Of a DNA stretch of 43,988 nucleotides, positions 16,701 through 25,635 are shown piece by piece. The position numbers and the translations under genes are program-made. Positions within the stretch are counted from its first letter, which is position 1, and each line of letters opens with the position of its first letter. The stretch covers positions 1 to 43,988 of IMG/VR virus record IMGVR_UViG_3300014208_000067. One strand, 5' to 3'. Source of the DNA: a virus (Duplodnaviria > Caudoviricetes). The notes below the pieces were generated by a model. That model did no database searches, was not told where the DNA came from, and was given only the letters and a program-made list of their open reading frames with translations.

Positions 16701-17533
16701 TTTGCCTTGCGCGGGACGTAAGGTACCGCGTGACGGAACCGCTGATGCTTCGCTACGAGAGGCTTTTCGCCGGCACATCAAAACCGGACACTTGGGAATA
16801 TCATGGCCGGGCGTATTTCAGCTATCGGCCGAGGATCAGCGTTTATATTCCGACGCACAATAGGGCCAATCTTTTGTTGTCCCGTGCGCTGCCGAGCGTC
16901 ATGGCCCAGGATTACCGAAACTTTGAGATCATCGTTGCTGCCCATGGATGCACCGACGACACGGCTGAGAAGGTGCTTACCGCCTATCCACTCGGAAAGG
17001 AACCCTCGGTGTGGGTGGTGAACGTTCCGAGGACGATGACATATCCGGCGACGGCTGAAAATCATTGGCTTGCTGGGCCAGTGGTCCCGGCCAACGCGGC
17101 ATTGGGATTCTGCGGCGGGGAATGGATTGCCAGAATAGACGATGACGACGAATGGACGCCGGATCATCTAAGCCAGTTGATGGCGTTCGCTGTGAAGACA
17201 GACGCTGAATTCGTTTCCGCCGCGCACGAAACGCACGAGGGGCCTGTGGAACCATATGGCGTGCGGGGAAACAAGGTGGGAGGGACGCAAACCTGGCTTT
17301 ACCGATCCTACCTCAAGTTTTTCAAATATAACCCGGATTGCTGGCGGAAAACATGGAACCGCGTCAACGACACCGACTTGCAGGACCGCATGGCGCGGGC
17401 CGGGGTGCGGATGAAGTATCTGAATCGGGTCGTGGCGAGAGTGTTGCCGCGTCCCGGGACTAGCGTGGTCGGCCTGAGGGCTTACACGCAAAACAGCGCC
17501 GACAAGGAGCGCGAATTGTCGTTTGCGGGCTGA
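16679..17533 (+). CDS. Glycosyltransferase family 2
   Basis: ISVYIPTHNR, SVMAQDYRNFEIIV, CTDDT, IARIDDDD (DxD), HL, D.DL...R. Confidence 0.92.
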   Translation: MAIKDRLICLARDVRYRVTEPLMLRYERLFAGTSKPDTWEYHGRAYFSYRPRISVYIPTHNRANLLLSRALPSVMAQDYRNFEIIVAAHGCTDDTAEKVLTAYPLGKEPSVWVVNVPRTMTYPATAENHWLAGPVVPANAALGFCGGEWIARIDDDDEWTPDHLSQLMAFAVKTDAEFVSAAHETHEGPVEPYGVRGNKVGGTQTWLYRSYLKFFKYNPDCWRKTWNRVNDTDLQDRMARAGVRMKYLNRVVARVLPRPGTSVVGLRAYTQNSADKERELSFAG

Positions 17534-17566
17534 GATCAGCAACAACAAATAGCAAGGAGTTCGATC

Positions 17567-17971
17567 ATGGCTTTCAAGATCCTAACCGGCCTGTGGGGCC
17601 GGCGCATGGGCATTTCCAAGGACGGTTTCCTGGTGGATAAGTTCCAACGGGCTGCCGTCATGACGGATTACTACGCCCCGACCACCGGCACCACGCTCAA
17701 TAACCGGGGCATCTCGGTTATTGCCTCGACCACCACGGCCCCGACGTACACCATGCCCGCTCCGGCGGTGGGTTACATCGCGAAGGTGGTCAGCAACTCG
17801 TCTTCGACGCTCACCACGATTGTCACCAGCGCGACCACGATCCTCTTCGGCGTGCAGGGCTCCAACACTACCCTGACTTTCCCCGCCGTCGAGGCCGCCG
17901 TTGTGTTGGAGGGCATTTCTGCCACCCGCTGGTCGATCCTCAGCAACGTGGGAACTGTCGCCGGGTCGTGA
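17567..17971 (+). CDS. Ser/Thr-rich beta protein, probable virion decoration/fibre protein
   Basis: 134 aa, about 26% S+T, strong AAGGAG RBS after an A-rich leader; TYTMPAPAVG and W...SNVG pattern of phage fibre-tip domains. Confidence 0.7.
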   Translation: MAFKILTGLWGRRMGISKDGFLVDKFQRAAVMTDYYAPTTGTTLNNRGISVIASTTTAPTYTMPAPAVGYIAKVVSNSSSTLTTIVTSATTILFGVQGSNTTLTFPAVEAAVVLEGISATRWSILSNVGTVAGS

Positions 17972-18591
17972 CCGAGCATTTCCTTGCCTTCCCGGCCCCG
18001 CCCGGACCTTGTTCGTTGGATCAACTGACGGATGGGGACCGGGCGGCGCTGGCCGATCTTGCCAAGGGGAAAAACTTCATCATCGAGGTCGGAACCTTTC
18101 TTGGCGGGTCAGCGGAAATATTCCTCGAAAACTCGACAGCCCATGTCGTTTGTATCGACACGTTCAAGGGTTCGGAGGGTGAGAACACCGGCAAGGTGCC
18201 GCGGTGGGCCATGCTCCGGTATGCCACGGAACGGCTTTCCAGGTTCGGGGACAGGGTGACGATCATTGCCGGTGACAGCCGGCAAACCGCACAGTTCATC
18301 GCAAACGAAGCGGCCGACCTGATCTTTCTCGACGCGGCCCACGATTATGAAAATGTCAAAGCGGATATAGGTGCATGGCGACAAAAGCTAAGGCAAGGCG
18401 GAACGTTCGCGGGACACGACTTCCCGAAGATGCTGGAGACACTGAGCGAAGCGGAGATGATGGAGCGCAGCCTGTTGCCGTTCTGTCCGCTGACGGGGAT
18501 ACACTACGGGGTGATCCGGGCGGCGTGCGAGAGCTTCAATCAGATTATGTTGCACGGCAACCCGGAATCCAGCGTGTGGACAGGCCGGTAA
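17968..18591 (+). CDS. Class I SAM-dependent methyltransferase (Methyltransf_24-like)
   Basis: IEVGTFLGGS, CIDTF, GDS, DLIFLDAAHDY, GGTFAGHDF. Confidence 0.92.
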   Translation: MTEHFLAFPAPPGPCSLDQLTDGDRAALADLAKGKNFIIEVGTFLGGSAEIFLENSTAHVVCIDTFKGSEGENTGKVPRWAMLRYATERLSRFGDRVTIIAGDSRQTAQFIANEAADLIFLDAAHDYENVKADIGAWRQKLRQGGTFAGHDFPKMLETLSEAEMMERSLLPFCPLTGIHYGVIRAACESFNQIMLHGNPESSVWTGR

Positions 18592-19481
18592 AGAGAATCG
18601 CCATTTACGGGACCACGCCATCAAGGATGGAAGGCCCGATAGGCTCCCCGGACTGGCAGCACTGGACGATTGGCCCGGGGGGCAAAGACGCCCATCCCTG
18701 GGATCGTCTCTATGAGATGCACAACACGTGGCCGGCGGACTTCGCTGGCTACCTCAATGATCTATCCCTGGTGAAGTCACCGCAACAGGTGGTGACGTTC
18801 AACCCCATGGCGCAAGCCATCCAGGTATGGGCAGATGAGCACGGCAAGCCCGATCCGGCCAAGTTCCTGAAAGACAGCATCAAAGGCGACTGGTCATCGA
18901 ATTTCGTCTACCCGAAAGAGGCGATGCTGACCAAGTACGGCCGCAGGATGTGGTTCTCGTCCTCGATTTCCTGGCTGATCGTCCAGGCCATTGAAGAGGG
19001 GGCTTCCGATATTGGCTTGTGGGGCATCGATCTCGAATCCGGCGAGGAATACATCTCCCAATTCGTCGGGTGCGCTCATTTCATCGACCTTGCCCGGCTG
19101 GCTGGGGTTAACGTCCACCTTCCGGCAGGTTGCGGCATGATGCGCGATCCCAACCCCTACCCGGATCGGTACGAAACCCACCTCGCCCTTACACTGGAGC
19201 GCAAGAAGAAGTGGCTTGAGCACGTTCTTGCCGAAAAGACGGTTCAATTCGAGGCGCTGAAGACGGAGATGTACCGGAGAGAGGGGGCGGTGATCGCTCT
19301 CCGGGATCGCGGCGCATCCCCCGAAGAAATGAAGGTTGCTGAGAACCGTTTGCTGGAGGTGTCAAACCAAGTCGGCCCGATGGCGGCACAGATCAACCAC
19401 ATCCAAGGCGAATTGAGCGCAACGGACTATTACCGCCGGATGTACCTGATGGGGCTTCACGATCCGCATGAACTTGGATGA
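18576..19481 (+). CDS. Hypothetical protein with GT42/Maf(DUF115)-like motifs; candidate nonulosonic acid transferase
   Basis: KRIAIYGTTPS at N-terminus and FSSSISWLIVQAIEEGASDIGLWGID; coiled-coil C-terminus; GTG start at 18576 assumed. CDS is solid, function is inference. Confidence 0.55.
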   Translation: MDRPVKRIAIYGTTPSRMEGPIGSPDWQHWTIGPGGKDAHPWDRLYEMHNTWPADFAGYLNDLSLVKSPQQVVTFNPMAQAIQVWADEHGKPDPAKFLKDSIKGDWSSNFVYPKEAMLTKYGRRMWFSSSISWLIVQAIEEGASDIGLWGIDLESGEEYISQFVGCAHFIDLARLAGVNVHLPAGCGMMRDPNPYPDRYETHLALTLERKKKWLEHVLAEKTVQFEALKTEMYRREGAVIALRDRGASPEEMKVAENRLLEVSNQVGPMAAQINHIQGELSATDYYRRMYLMGLHDPHELG

Positions 19482-21081
19482 GGTCTTATCGCGCCTTGGG
19501 AGCCTACCCCCGGAAGCGCAAGCCAAGATCAAGCATGATGTCATGGAGGCCACGAAAGGGTTGTGCTGGATACCCAACCCCGGCCCCCAAACCGAGGCGT
19601 ACTTTTCGTTAGCAGATCTTCTACTTTACGGCGGAAGCGGTGGAGGCGGAAAAACGGATTTGCTGGCCGGGCTGGCCCTGACGCAGCACAAAAGATCGCT
19701 TATTCTCCGCAAGCAATACACCGATCTCGGGGGGTTGACGGACCGCCTTCTTGATATTTATGGGTCGCGGGACGGGTACAGCGGACAGATCCCCCCGAAG
19801 CTTAGGACACGCGATTCGCGCCTCGTCGAGTTTGGTGCGGCGAGTTCTCTTGAACAGGTCATGACGTGGCAGGGCCGGCCGCACGATTTGCGTGGTGTCG
19901 ACGAGGCGTGCCAAGTTTCAGAGGCCGTGATCCGGTTTATCTTGGGGTGGGTACGCGACGCCGAATCTGTGTTAGGTGTGAAATCGAGCCAGCGTTGCCG
20001 TGCTGTTCTCGCCACAAACCCACCGCTGACGGCGGAGGGGGAGTGGGTAATTGGGATGTTCAGGCCGTGGCTTGACATTACGCACCCCAATCCAGCCAAG
20101 AACGGGGAGTTGCGGTGGTTTATCACGGACCCGGACAGCAACGATCTTGAGGTTGATGGTCCTAACGATATACGAGAATTCACAGACAAGGACGGAAATC
20201 TTAAGACTTACATTCCAACGTCCAGAACATTCATCCCAGCGCCGCTTTCTAGCAATCCGTTCCTGATAAATACGGGGTATCAGGCCACTCTAGACGCCAT
20301 GCCTGAACCGATGCGCTCTGCCATCCGGGACGGAAACTTCATGGCGGCCCGCGAAGATGATGAATGGCAGGTGATTCCTACCGCGTGGATTAGAGCGGCG
20401 CAGCAACGGTGGAGACCTGATCCCCCGCTTAATGCTCCGATGTGCGCCATGGGCGTTGATGCGTCTGGCGGCGGGAGGGACCCACTCATTTTCTCTCCGC
20501 GATACGACATGTGGTTTGCGCCCATTGAAGAATTTCCTGGAAAGGACTTGCCGAAGGACCGTATCGGCCGACACAGCGCCGGGTTGATCATCTCCCGTCG
20601 ACGTAACGACGCCATAGTTGGCGTTGACATGGGGGGCGGATACGGAGGCGCCATTTTCGAATGTCTTGTCGAAAACAAGATCCCGGTAGTTGCCCATAAA
20701 GGCTCAGAGGGGAGCCGTGAGCGTACTAGGGACAGACAATTCAGTTTTCAAAACAACCGAAGTGCCAAGATTTGGAAGTTTCGTGAGGCGCTCGACCCAG
20801 ATCAAGACGGGGGCAGCCCGATTGCGCTTCCTCCAGACCAGATTCTCACGGCTGATCTCACGGCGCCCCGGTATGAGGTCAGAAATGGGAAAATATGCGT
20901 AGAAAGTAAGGAAGATGTCGTCAAGCGGCTGGGTCGCTCAACCGACCGTGGCGATGCTTTGATCATCAGCCACTCGGTTGGTCCAACCTACGTTACGCAC
21001 GGCAAGATATGGAGAGACGCCGTGAGCCAGACGGCGACGCCGAAAGTCAATCGTGGACATGAAAATAGGAAACGGAGATAG
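19468..21081 (+). CDS. terL: Terminase large subunit
   Basis: YGGSGGGGKT Walker A, GVDEA Walker B, ATNP motif III, MGVDASGGGRD nuclease, STDRGDA. Confidence 0.96.
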   Translation: MNLDEVLSRLGSLPPEAQAKIKHDVMEATKGLCWIPNPGPQTEAYFSLADLLLYGGSGGGGKTDLLAGLALTQHKRSLILRKQYTDLGGLTDRLLDIYGSRDGYSGQIPPKLRTRDSRLVEFGAASSLEQVMTWQGRPHDLRGVDEACQVSEAVIRFILGWVRDAESVLGVKSSQRCRAVLATNPPLTAEGEWVIGMFRPWLDITHPNPAKNGELRWFITDPDSNDLEVDGPNDIREFTDKDGNLKTYIPTSRTFIPAPLSSNPFLINTGYQATLDAMPEPMRSAIRDGNFMAAREDDEWQVIPTAWIRAAQQRWRPDPPLNAPMCAMGVDASGGGRDPLIFSPRYDMWFAPIEEFPGKDLPKDRIGRHSAGLIISRRRNDAIVGVDMGGGYGGAIFECLVENKIPVVAHKGSEGSRERTRDRQFSFQNNRSAKIWKFREALDPDQDGGSPIALPPDQILTADLTAPRYEVRNGKICVESKEDVVKRLGRSTDRGDALIISHSVGPTYVTHGKIWRDAVSQTATPKVNRGHENRKRR

Positions 21082-21084
21082 ATC

Positions 21085-21273
21085 ATGGGAAGTCTATTTA
21101 GTAGTACCCCGAAAGCGCAACCTCTTCCTCCGGAACCGGAACCGGCCCCGCCGCCGGCCACTCTTCCAGATCCCGACGACCCGCTCCTGAAGGAAAGGAA
21201 GAAACAGAAGGTGGCGTCCGTCCAGGGTGGGCGGCAGTCGACCATCGCGGGAGACAGCGAGACGCTGGGATGA
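21085..21273 (+). CDS. Small Pro-rich virion assembly protein preceding portal
   Basis: MGSLFS-PK..PPP..GRQSTI..TLG pattern typical of pre-portal genes in T7/BPP-1-like podoviruses. Confidence 0.75.
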   Translation: MGSLFSSTPKAQPLPPEPEPAPPPATLPDPDDPLLKERKKQKVASVQGGRQSTIAGDSETLG

Positions 21274-21557
21274 ACAACCGCAGGCAAATGCTGGTCGAGG
21301 TTCTGTGGAAGACAATCGTCCTCTTCTACAAGGACCCCGAGGACCGAAGCGGGGATAACGCCAACGTTAGTATTCCCGCCGTGGAATCATCCGAGGCTTT
21401 GTTGACGTGCGTTGCCAATATCGTTGCCCAGCATCCAGACGCGGCGACCCGTCACAAGATCATCGCCAACGCCTCTCCCGCTATTGGCAAGGTCGCGGCG
21501 GCCCGCCGCAATGGCCGGCTGATCATCCCCGAAACGGGATTCCTGTTGCCCAATTAG
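21270..21557 (+). CDS. Hypothetical protein
   Basis: ATGA-coupled, fills gap to portal. Confidence 0.6.
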   Translation: MNNRRQMLVEVLWKTIVLFYKDPEDRSGDNANVSIPAVESSEALLTCVANIVAQHPDAATRHKIIANASPAIGKVAAARRNGRLIIPETGFLLPN

Positions 21558-21564
21558 GTGAAGA

Positions 21565-23238
21565 ATGGACATTCGCCACAAGGAACTTCTCAAGGAGAGC
21601 AACCGGCTTTTTGACGCCAAGAAGCCACTGCTGTCCTTGCAACAGGAAATCGCCCTCAACTTCTTCCCCGAGATGGCGGATTTCACGTCCAACATGTCCT
21701 TGGGGGCGGAGTTTGCCGACCACCTGACCAGTTCCTATCCGGTCATCGCAAGACGGACATTGGCTGATTCCCTTTCCGCCCTGCTGCGTCCAGTTAACCT
21801 GGATTCCACCTCTCCCGGGGTCTGGTTTTCGATGACCGTTGATGGAGACACGGGAAAGAAGCACCGCAACCGGGCATGGCTGGAGCGGGCGACGAAGATC
21901 CAACGAAAGGCGATGTATGACAAGGACTCCGGCTTTGTCCGGGCGACGAAGCAGGGAGACCATTGCTTTTCCGCCTTCGGCTTCGCCCCTCTGTCCCTGG
22001 AGTTGAACCGCAACCGCGATACCCTGCTTTATCGCTGCTGGCATCCCCGGGACTTGGCCTGGACTGAGAACGCCGAGGGCAAGATTGACGCGGTCCACCG
22101 GAAGTGGGTTCCGACAGCTTCGCAGTGCATGGACACGTTCCCGGAAACGGCCTCTCCGAAGGTCAGGGAGATGGCGGAGAAGGAGCCGGAGAAAGCCGTC
22201 AATCTTCGCCATATCGTGATCGCGACGGAACGCTATGAACGTCGTGGACAGGATGGAAAGAAGTTCCGCACGCCATGGGTTTCGGTGTGGATCGATGTGG
22301 ATAACGACCACCTGATTGAAGAGGTGGGGTCGTGGTCGCGATACTACATTATCCCGCGCTGGATGATGGTTCCCGGGTCTCAGTACCCCTATTCCCCGGC
22401 GGTCACGGTTTCTCTGTCAGATGCGAGGCTGTTTCAGTCAATCACGCTCACGCTCCTGGAGGCTGGGGAAAAACTGGCCGCCCCGCCGATGGTGGCGACG
22501 AAGAACGTCGTGCGTTCCGATGTCAACCTGCAATCGGATGGCATTACCTGGGTTGACGAGGAGTACGACGAGCGCCTTGGCCCGGCCATCCGCCCGCTTT
22601 ATGAGCCGAGGGCGGGTGAAGGCTTGCGGGCCGGATTCGAACTCAGGAACGACCTTCGGGCGATGATCGACAAGGCGTTCTACCTTGATTCTCTTTCCCT
22701 GCCGCCTTCCGATGTTTCCGGAGACATGACCGCTTTCGAGGTGGGCCAGCGGATTTCCGAATGGCTGCGACGTGCCATGCCGATCTTCGAGCCGATGGAA
22801 TTCGACTATAACGGCGAACTCTGCTCCGAAACCTTCGACCTGATGATGAGGAACGGCGGGTTCGGCCCGCTTCGTGAGATCCCGCCCGATCTGCTTGGGC
22901 AGGATGTGGTGTTCAAGTTCGAATCTCCCATCCATGAGTCTGCCGACAGGAAGAAGGGCCAGAAGCTTCTGGAGGCCAAGGCGGCTCTGGCTCAGGCGGC
23001 GGAACTCGATCCTTCCGTCATTCCCATGCTCGACGCCCGCGCGGCTCTCAGGGACGTTATTTCCTCGATTGGCGTGCCGGTCGAGTGGACCCGCGACGAC
23101 AGGGCCATGGACGATATCAACAAGGCGGATGCCGAAAAGGCCCAGATACAACAGGCGGCGGCCGGAGCCGGTGTGGCCGCCGACGTTGCCCAGAAACTCG
23201 GAGGGGCGGCCAAGGACTTCGCCGCCGCGCAACAGTAA
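21565..23238 (+). CDS. Portal (head-to-tail connector) protein
   Basis: 557 aa; WF, RW...YPYSPA, PP, MTAFEV motifs of T7 gp8/BPP-1-type portals. Confidence 0.93.
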   Translation: MDIRHKELLKESNRLFDAKKPLLSLQQEIALNFFPEMADFTSNMSLGAEFADHLTSSYPVIARRTLADSLSALLRPVNLDSTSPGVWFSMTVDGDTGKKHRNRAWLERATKIQRKAMYDKDSGFVRATKQGDHCFSAFGFAPLSLELNRNRDTLLYRCWHPRDLAWTENAEGKIDAVHRKWVPTASQCMDTFPETASPKVREMAEKEPEKAVNLRHIVIATERYERRGQDGKKFRTPWVSVWIDVDNDHLIEEVGSWSRYYIIPRWMMVPGSQYPYSPAVTVSLSDARLFQSITLTLLEAGEKLAAPPMVATKNVVRSDVNLQSDGITWVDEEYDERLGPAIRPLYEPRAGEGLRAGFELRNDLRAMIDKAFYLDSLSLPPSDVSGDMTAFEVGQRISEWLRRAMPIFEPMEFDYNGELCSETFDLMMRNGGFGPLREIPPDLLGQDVVFKFESPIHESADRKKGQKLLEAKAALAQAAELDPSVIPMLDARAALRDVISSIGVPVEWTRDDRAMDDINKADAEKAQIQQAAAGAGVAADVAQKLGGAAKDFAAAQQ

Positions 23239-23571
23239 ATGGCTGATACCATCGCATCATCGAAGGAAAAACTTCGTCCGTTCCATCCTGGGGAATTCAT
23301 CAACAATCCCGACGGATCAATCAGTACGGAACGTAGCGTGACGTTCCAGGACCGTGATGGAAAGTGGGTCAACGCTCCAGGCCTGTGGATGGGGCCGAAG
23401 GGTGTGGTTGACTTCGCCCAAGATGAGGAAGCCATCGCTGACATCATGGAATTTTACGAGAAAAAGACCGGAAAGAAGTTCCCCCGGTTTAATTCCGTTG
23501 ATGAGGCGGTTGAAACCGCAAAATCGCGTTCGCACGGCATGGGTGCGTTTCAAGGGGAGATGGCGAAGTAA
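23239..23571 (+). CDS. Hypothetical protein
   Basis: Abuts portal stop; NPDGSISTERSVTF...WVNAPGLW. Confidence 0.7.
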   Translation: MADTIASSKEKLRPFHPGEFINNPDGSISTERSVTFQDRDGKWVNAPGLWMGPKGVVDFAQDEEAIADIMEFYEKKTGKKFPRFNSVDEAVETAKSRSHGMGAFQGEMAK

Positions 23572-23840
23572 TGGCAAAAGCCCCAACCGGAGCCCCGTGG
23601 ACGCCGGCAGAGTACGACAAGCCGGTTGTCTATGCTCTGAAGGCCCTTGAGCGGGGCGACGCGACACCAGAGCAAGGAAAGCTGGCGCTTCACTGGATCG
23701 TCCAGACGTTATGCAAGAAAGATGACCTGAGTTACCGGCCGACTTCCGATAGGGATACCGCCTTTGCCGAGGGAAAGCGGTTCGTCGGCCTGCAAATCGT
23801 CAAGCTGCTGAAACTGAACATGAGGGAAACCGATGGCTGA
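23571..23840 (+). CDS. Bbp19-like protein
   Basis: ATPEQGKLALHWIV...DTAFAEGKRFVGLQIV; canonical position between portal and scaffold. Confidence 0.85.
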   Translation: MAKAPTGAPWTPAEYDKPVVYALKALERGDATPEQGKLALHWIVQTLCKKDDLSYRPTSDRDTAFAEGKRFVGLQIVKLLKLNMRETDG

Positions 23841-24732
23841 TACCGTCGAGACGACGGACGTTGTCGAAACCACTGACCAGACGACAACCGAGACCGATAC
23901 CACGCTGGCTACCGACACGACGGAAACGGCAAGCGCCCACCCGGCCGACTGGCCGCAGGACTGGCGTGAGCGCATGGCCGGCGATGACAAGGACATGCTC
24001 AAGGGGCTACAGCGGCTCAAGAGCCCGCTGGACGTTGGCAAGTCTTGGCGCAATGCCGCGCAGAAGATTTCCGGGCTCAAGCCGGCCAAGCCGGAAGGGG
24101 ACGACCCCGAGGCCCTGGCGAAGTGGCGGCAGGCTACCGGCCTTCCGGCCGAACCGGATGGCTATCTGGAGAACCTCGACGGCATCGTGTTGGGCGACGA
24201 GGACAAGGACCTTGCCGTTTCCTTCCTGAAGGACATGCACGCCGAGGACGCCGACCCCAAGCTGGTGAAAACAGCCCTGGGCTGGTATCAGAAACTCAAG
24301 GAAGACAGAATCGTCCGGCAGGCCACCCAGGACAAGGAATTCCGCTCCCAGGGGGAGGATTCCCTAAGGGAAGAGTGGGGCAACGAATATAGGTCCAACC
24401 TCACCGGCATGAATTCCGTGCTCGATACCTACGGAGAAGATGGGCTCAAGCACAAACTTTTTGCCGCGCGCTATCCGGACGGAACCCTCGTCGGAAACGA
24501 CCCCGCCTTTCTTAAGGCCATGGTGGGGATTTCCCGCGAGATCAACCCGCACGGCACCGTCACTCCGGCGGCGGGCCAGACCGTCAGCCAGGGAATCAAG
24601 GACGAGATCGCCCAACTCAAGATCGAGATGGCCGACACCAAGGGCGTAAAATACGATTACGTCCGGAACCCGCAGAAACAGGCCCGCTATCGCGAACTGC
24701 TAGAACTGGAAGAAAAGTATGCGTCGCGATGA
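23833..24732 (+). CDS. Capsid scaffolding protein
   Basis: Acidic Thr-rich N-terminus, DWR, GLPAEPDGY, LREEWGNEY motifs; helical. Confidence 0.85.
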   Translation: MADTVETTDVVETTDQTTTETDTTLATDTTETASAHPADWPQDWRERMAGDDKDMLKGLQRLKSPLDVGKSWRNAAQKISGLKPAKPEGDDPEALAKWRQATGLPAEPDGYLENLDGIVLGDEDKDLAVSFLKDMHAEDADPKLVKTALGWYQKLKEDRIVRQATQDKEFRSQGEDSLREEWGNEYRSNLTGMNSVLDTYGEDGLKHKLFAARYPDGTLVGNDPAFLKAMVGISREINPHGTVTPAAGQTVSQGIKDEIAQLKIEMADTKGVKYDYVRNPQKQARYRELLELEEKYASR

Positions 24733-25595
24733 GGCCCATTTACGAAAATGCGGTCATCCAAATTGACGTCGCGGACGGAGCGTGCTTTCTGGCCTGTGCC
24801 AACTGTACCCGTCTCGTCGGACATCACCGCTCCCCTTCCTTCATGTCCCTGGACGCGATTTGGGAGGCCCTGGACAGCCTGGAAGGATTTGATGGGCAGC
24901 GGGGCGTCATGGGCGGAGAACCAGCCATGCACCCCAAATATCGGGACGTGCTGGCGCTTTGGCGGGAGATGGTCCCCATCGAGCAGAGAGCCTTGTGGAC
25001 TTCCGGGTGGAAATGGGCGGAATATGAGGCCGACGTAAAGGAAACCTTCCTTCCCCATCTCGTTCATTTCAACGACCACACACAAAGGACCGGCAAGCAC
25101 CAACCCCTTCTGGTGGCGATTGATGAGGTGGTGGACGATCCGGAGTTGAGAGAGGCGCTGATTGAGAATTGCCCGTATCAGCTTCATTGGAGCGCGTCAA
25201 TCAACAGCAACGGAGCATTCTTCTGCGAAATCGCCGCCGCCAATGCCAGGGTGTTCGGGATCAAGGGCTATCCCGTCGTCAAGGGGTGGTGGAAGAAGAC
25301 GCCAGCCGAATTCCAGGATCAGGTCGAGACGTTTTGCGGAAAATGCTCTGGCGCCATTCCGTTGCCTCAGTTGAGCGATGGGAGGGGCGGGCGTGATGGT
25401 CCCACCAAAGACGTGATTTCGCCCGGCAATCTCGAAAGGCTCAGGGAAGCGGGTTCGCCCAAGGTCTTGAAGGGACGATATGAGATCTGGGATAGGAAGA
25501 TAACGTGCGACGACATTCCGGAAGAGTGGAATCCGCGCGCTTTCAGGGATTTCGTCGCCCATTCTCCGGAAGATGTGAAAAAATCGACCAAATAG
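24729..25595 (+). CDS. Radical SAM-like protein inserted in head module
   Basis: CFLACANC, MGGEPAMHP, LWTSG, later C...FFCE...CGKC. Confidence 0.85.
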   Translation: MRPIYENAVIQIDVADGACFLACANCTRLVGHHRSPSFMSLDAIWEALDSLEGFDGQRGVMGGEPAMHPKYRDVLALWREMVPIEQRALWTSGWKWAEYEADVKETFLPHLVHFNDHTQRTGKHQPLLVAIDEVVDDPELREALIENCPYQLHWSASINSNGAFFCEIAAANARVFGIKGYPVVKGWWKKTPAEFQDQVETFCGKCSGAIPLPQLSDGRGGRDGPTKDVISPGNLERLREAGSPKVLKGRYEIWDRKITCDDIPEEWNPRAFRDFVAHSPEDVKKSTK

Positions 25596-25606
25596 GAAAA
25601 CATCTC

Positions 25607-25635
25607 TTTACAAGATTCCAATAGGGGTCTAAATT
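25607..25635 (+). promoter_or_regulatory. Putative sigma70 promoter for capsid operon
   Basis: TTTACA-N17-TAAATT in AT-rich intergenic DNA. Confidence 0.6.

Noticed and set aside
10001-19481. Host LPS locus mis-assembled into the phage
   Set aside because: Junctions are gene-precise (last gene overlaps terL start), enzymes are shortened, phage-type structural genes are interleaved and wzx/wzy are absent; read mapping would still be needed to exclude it fully
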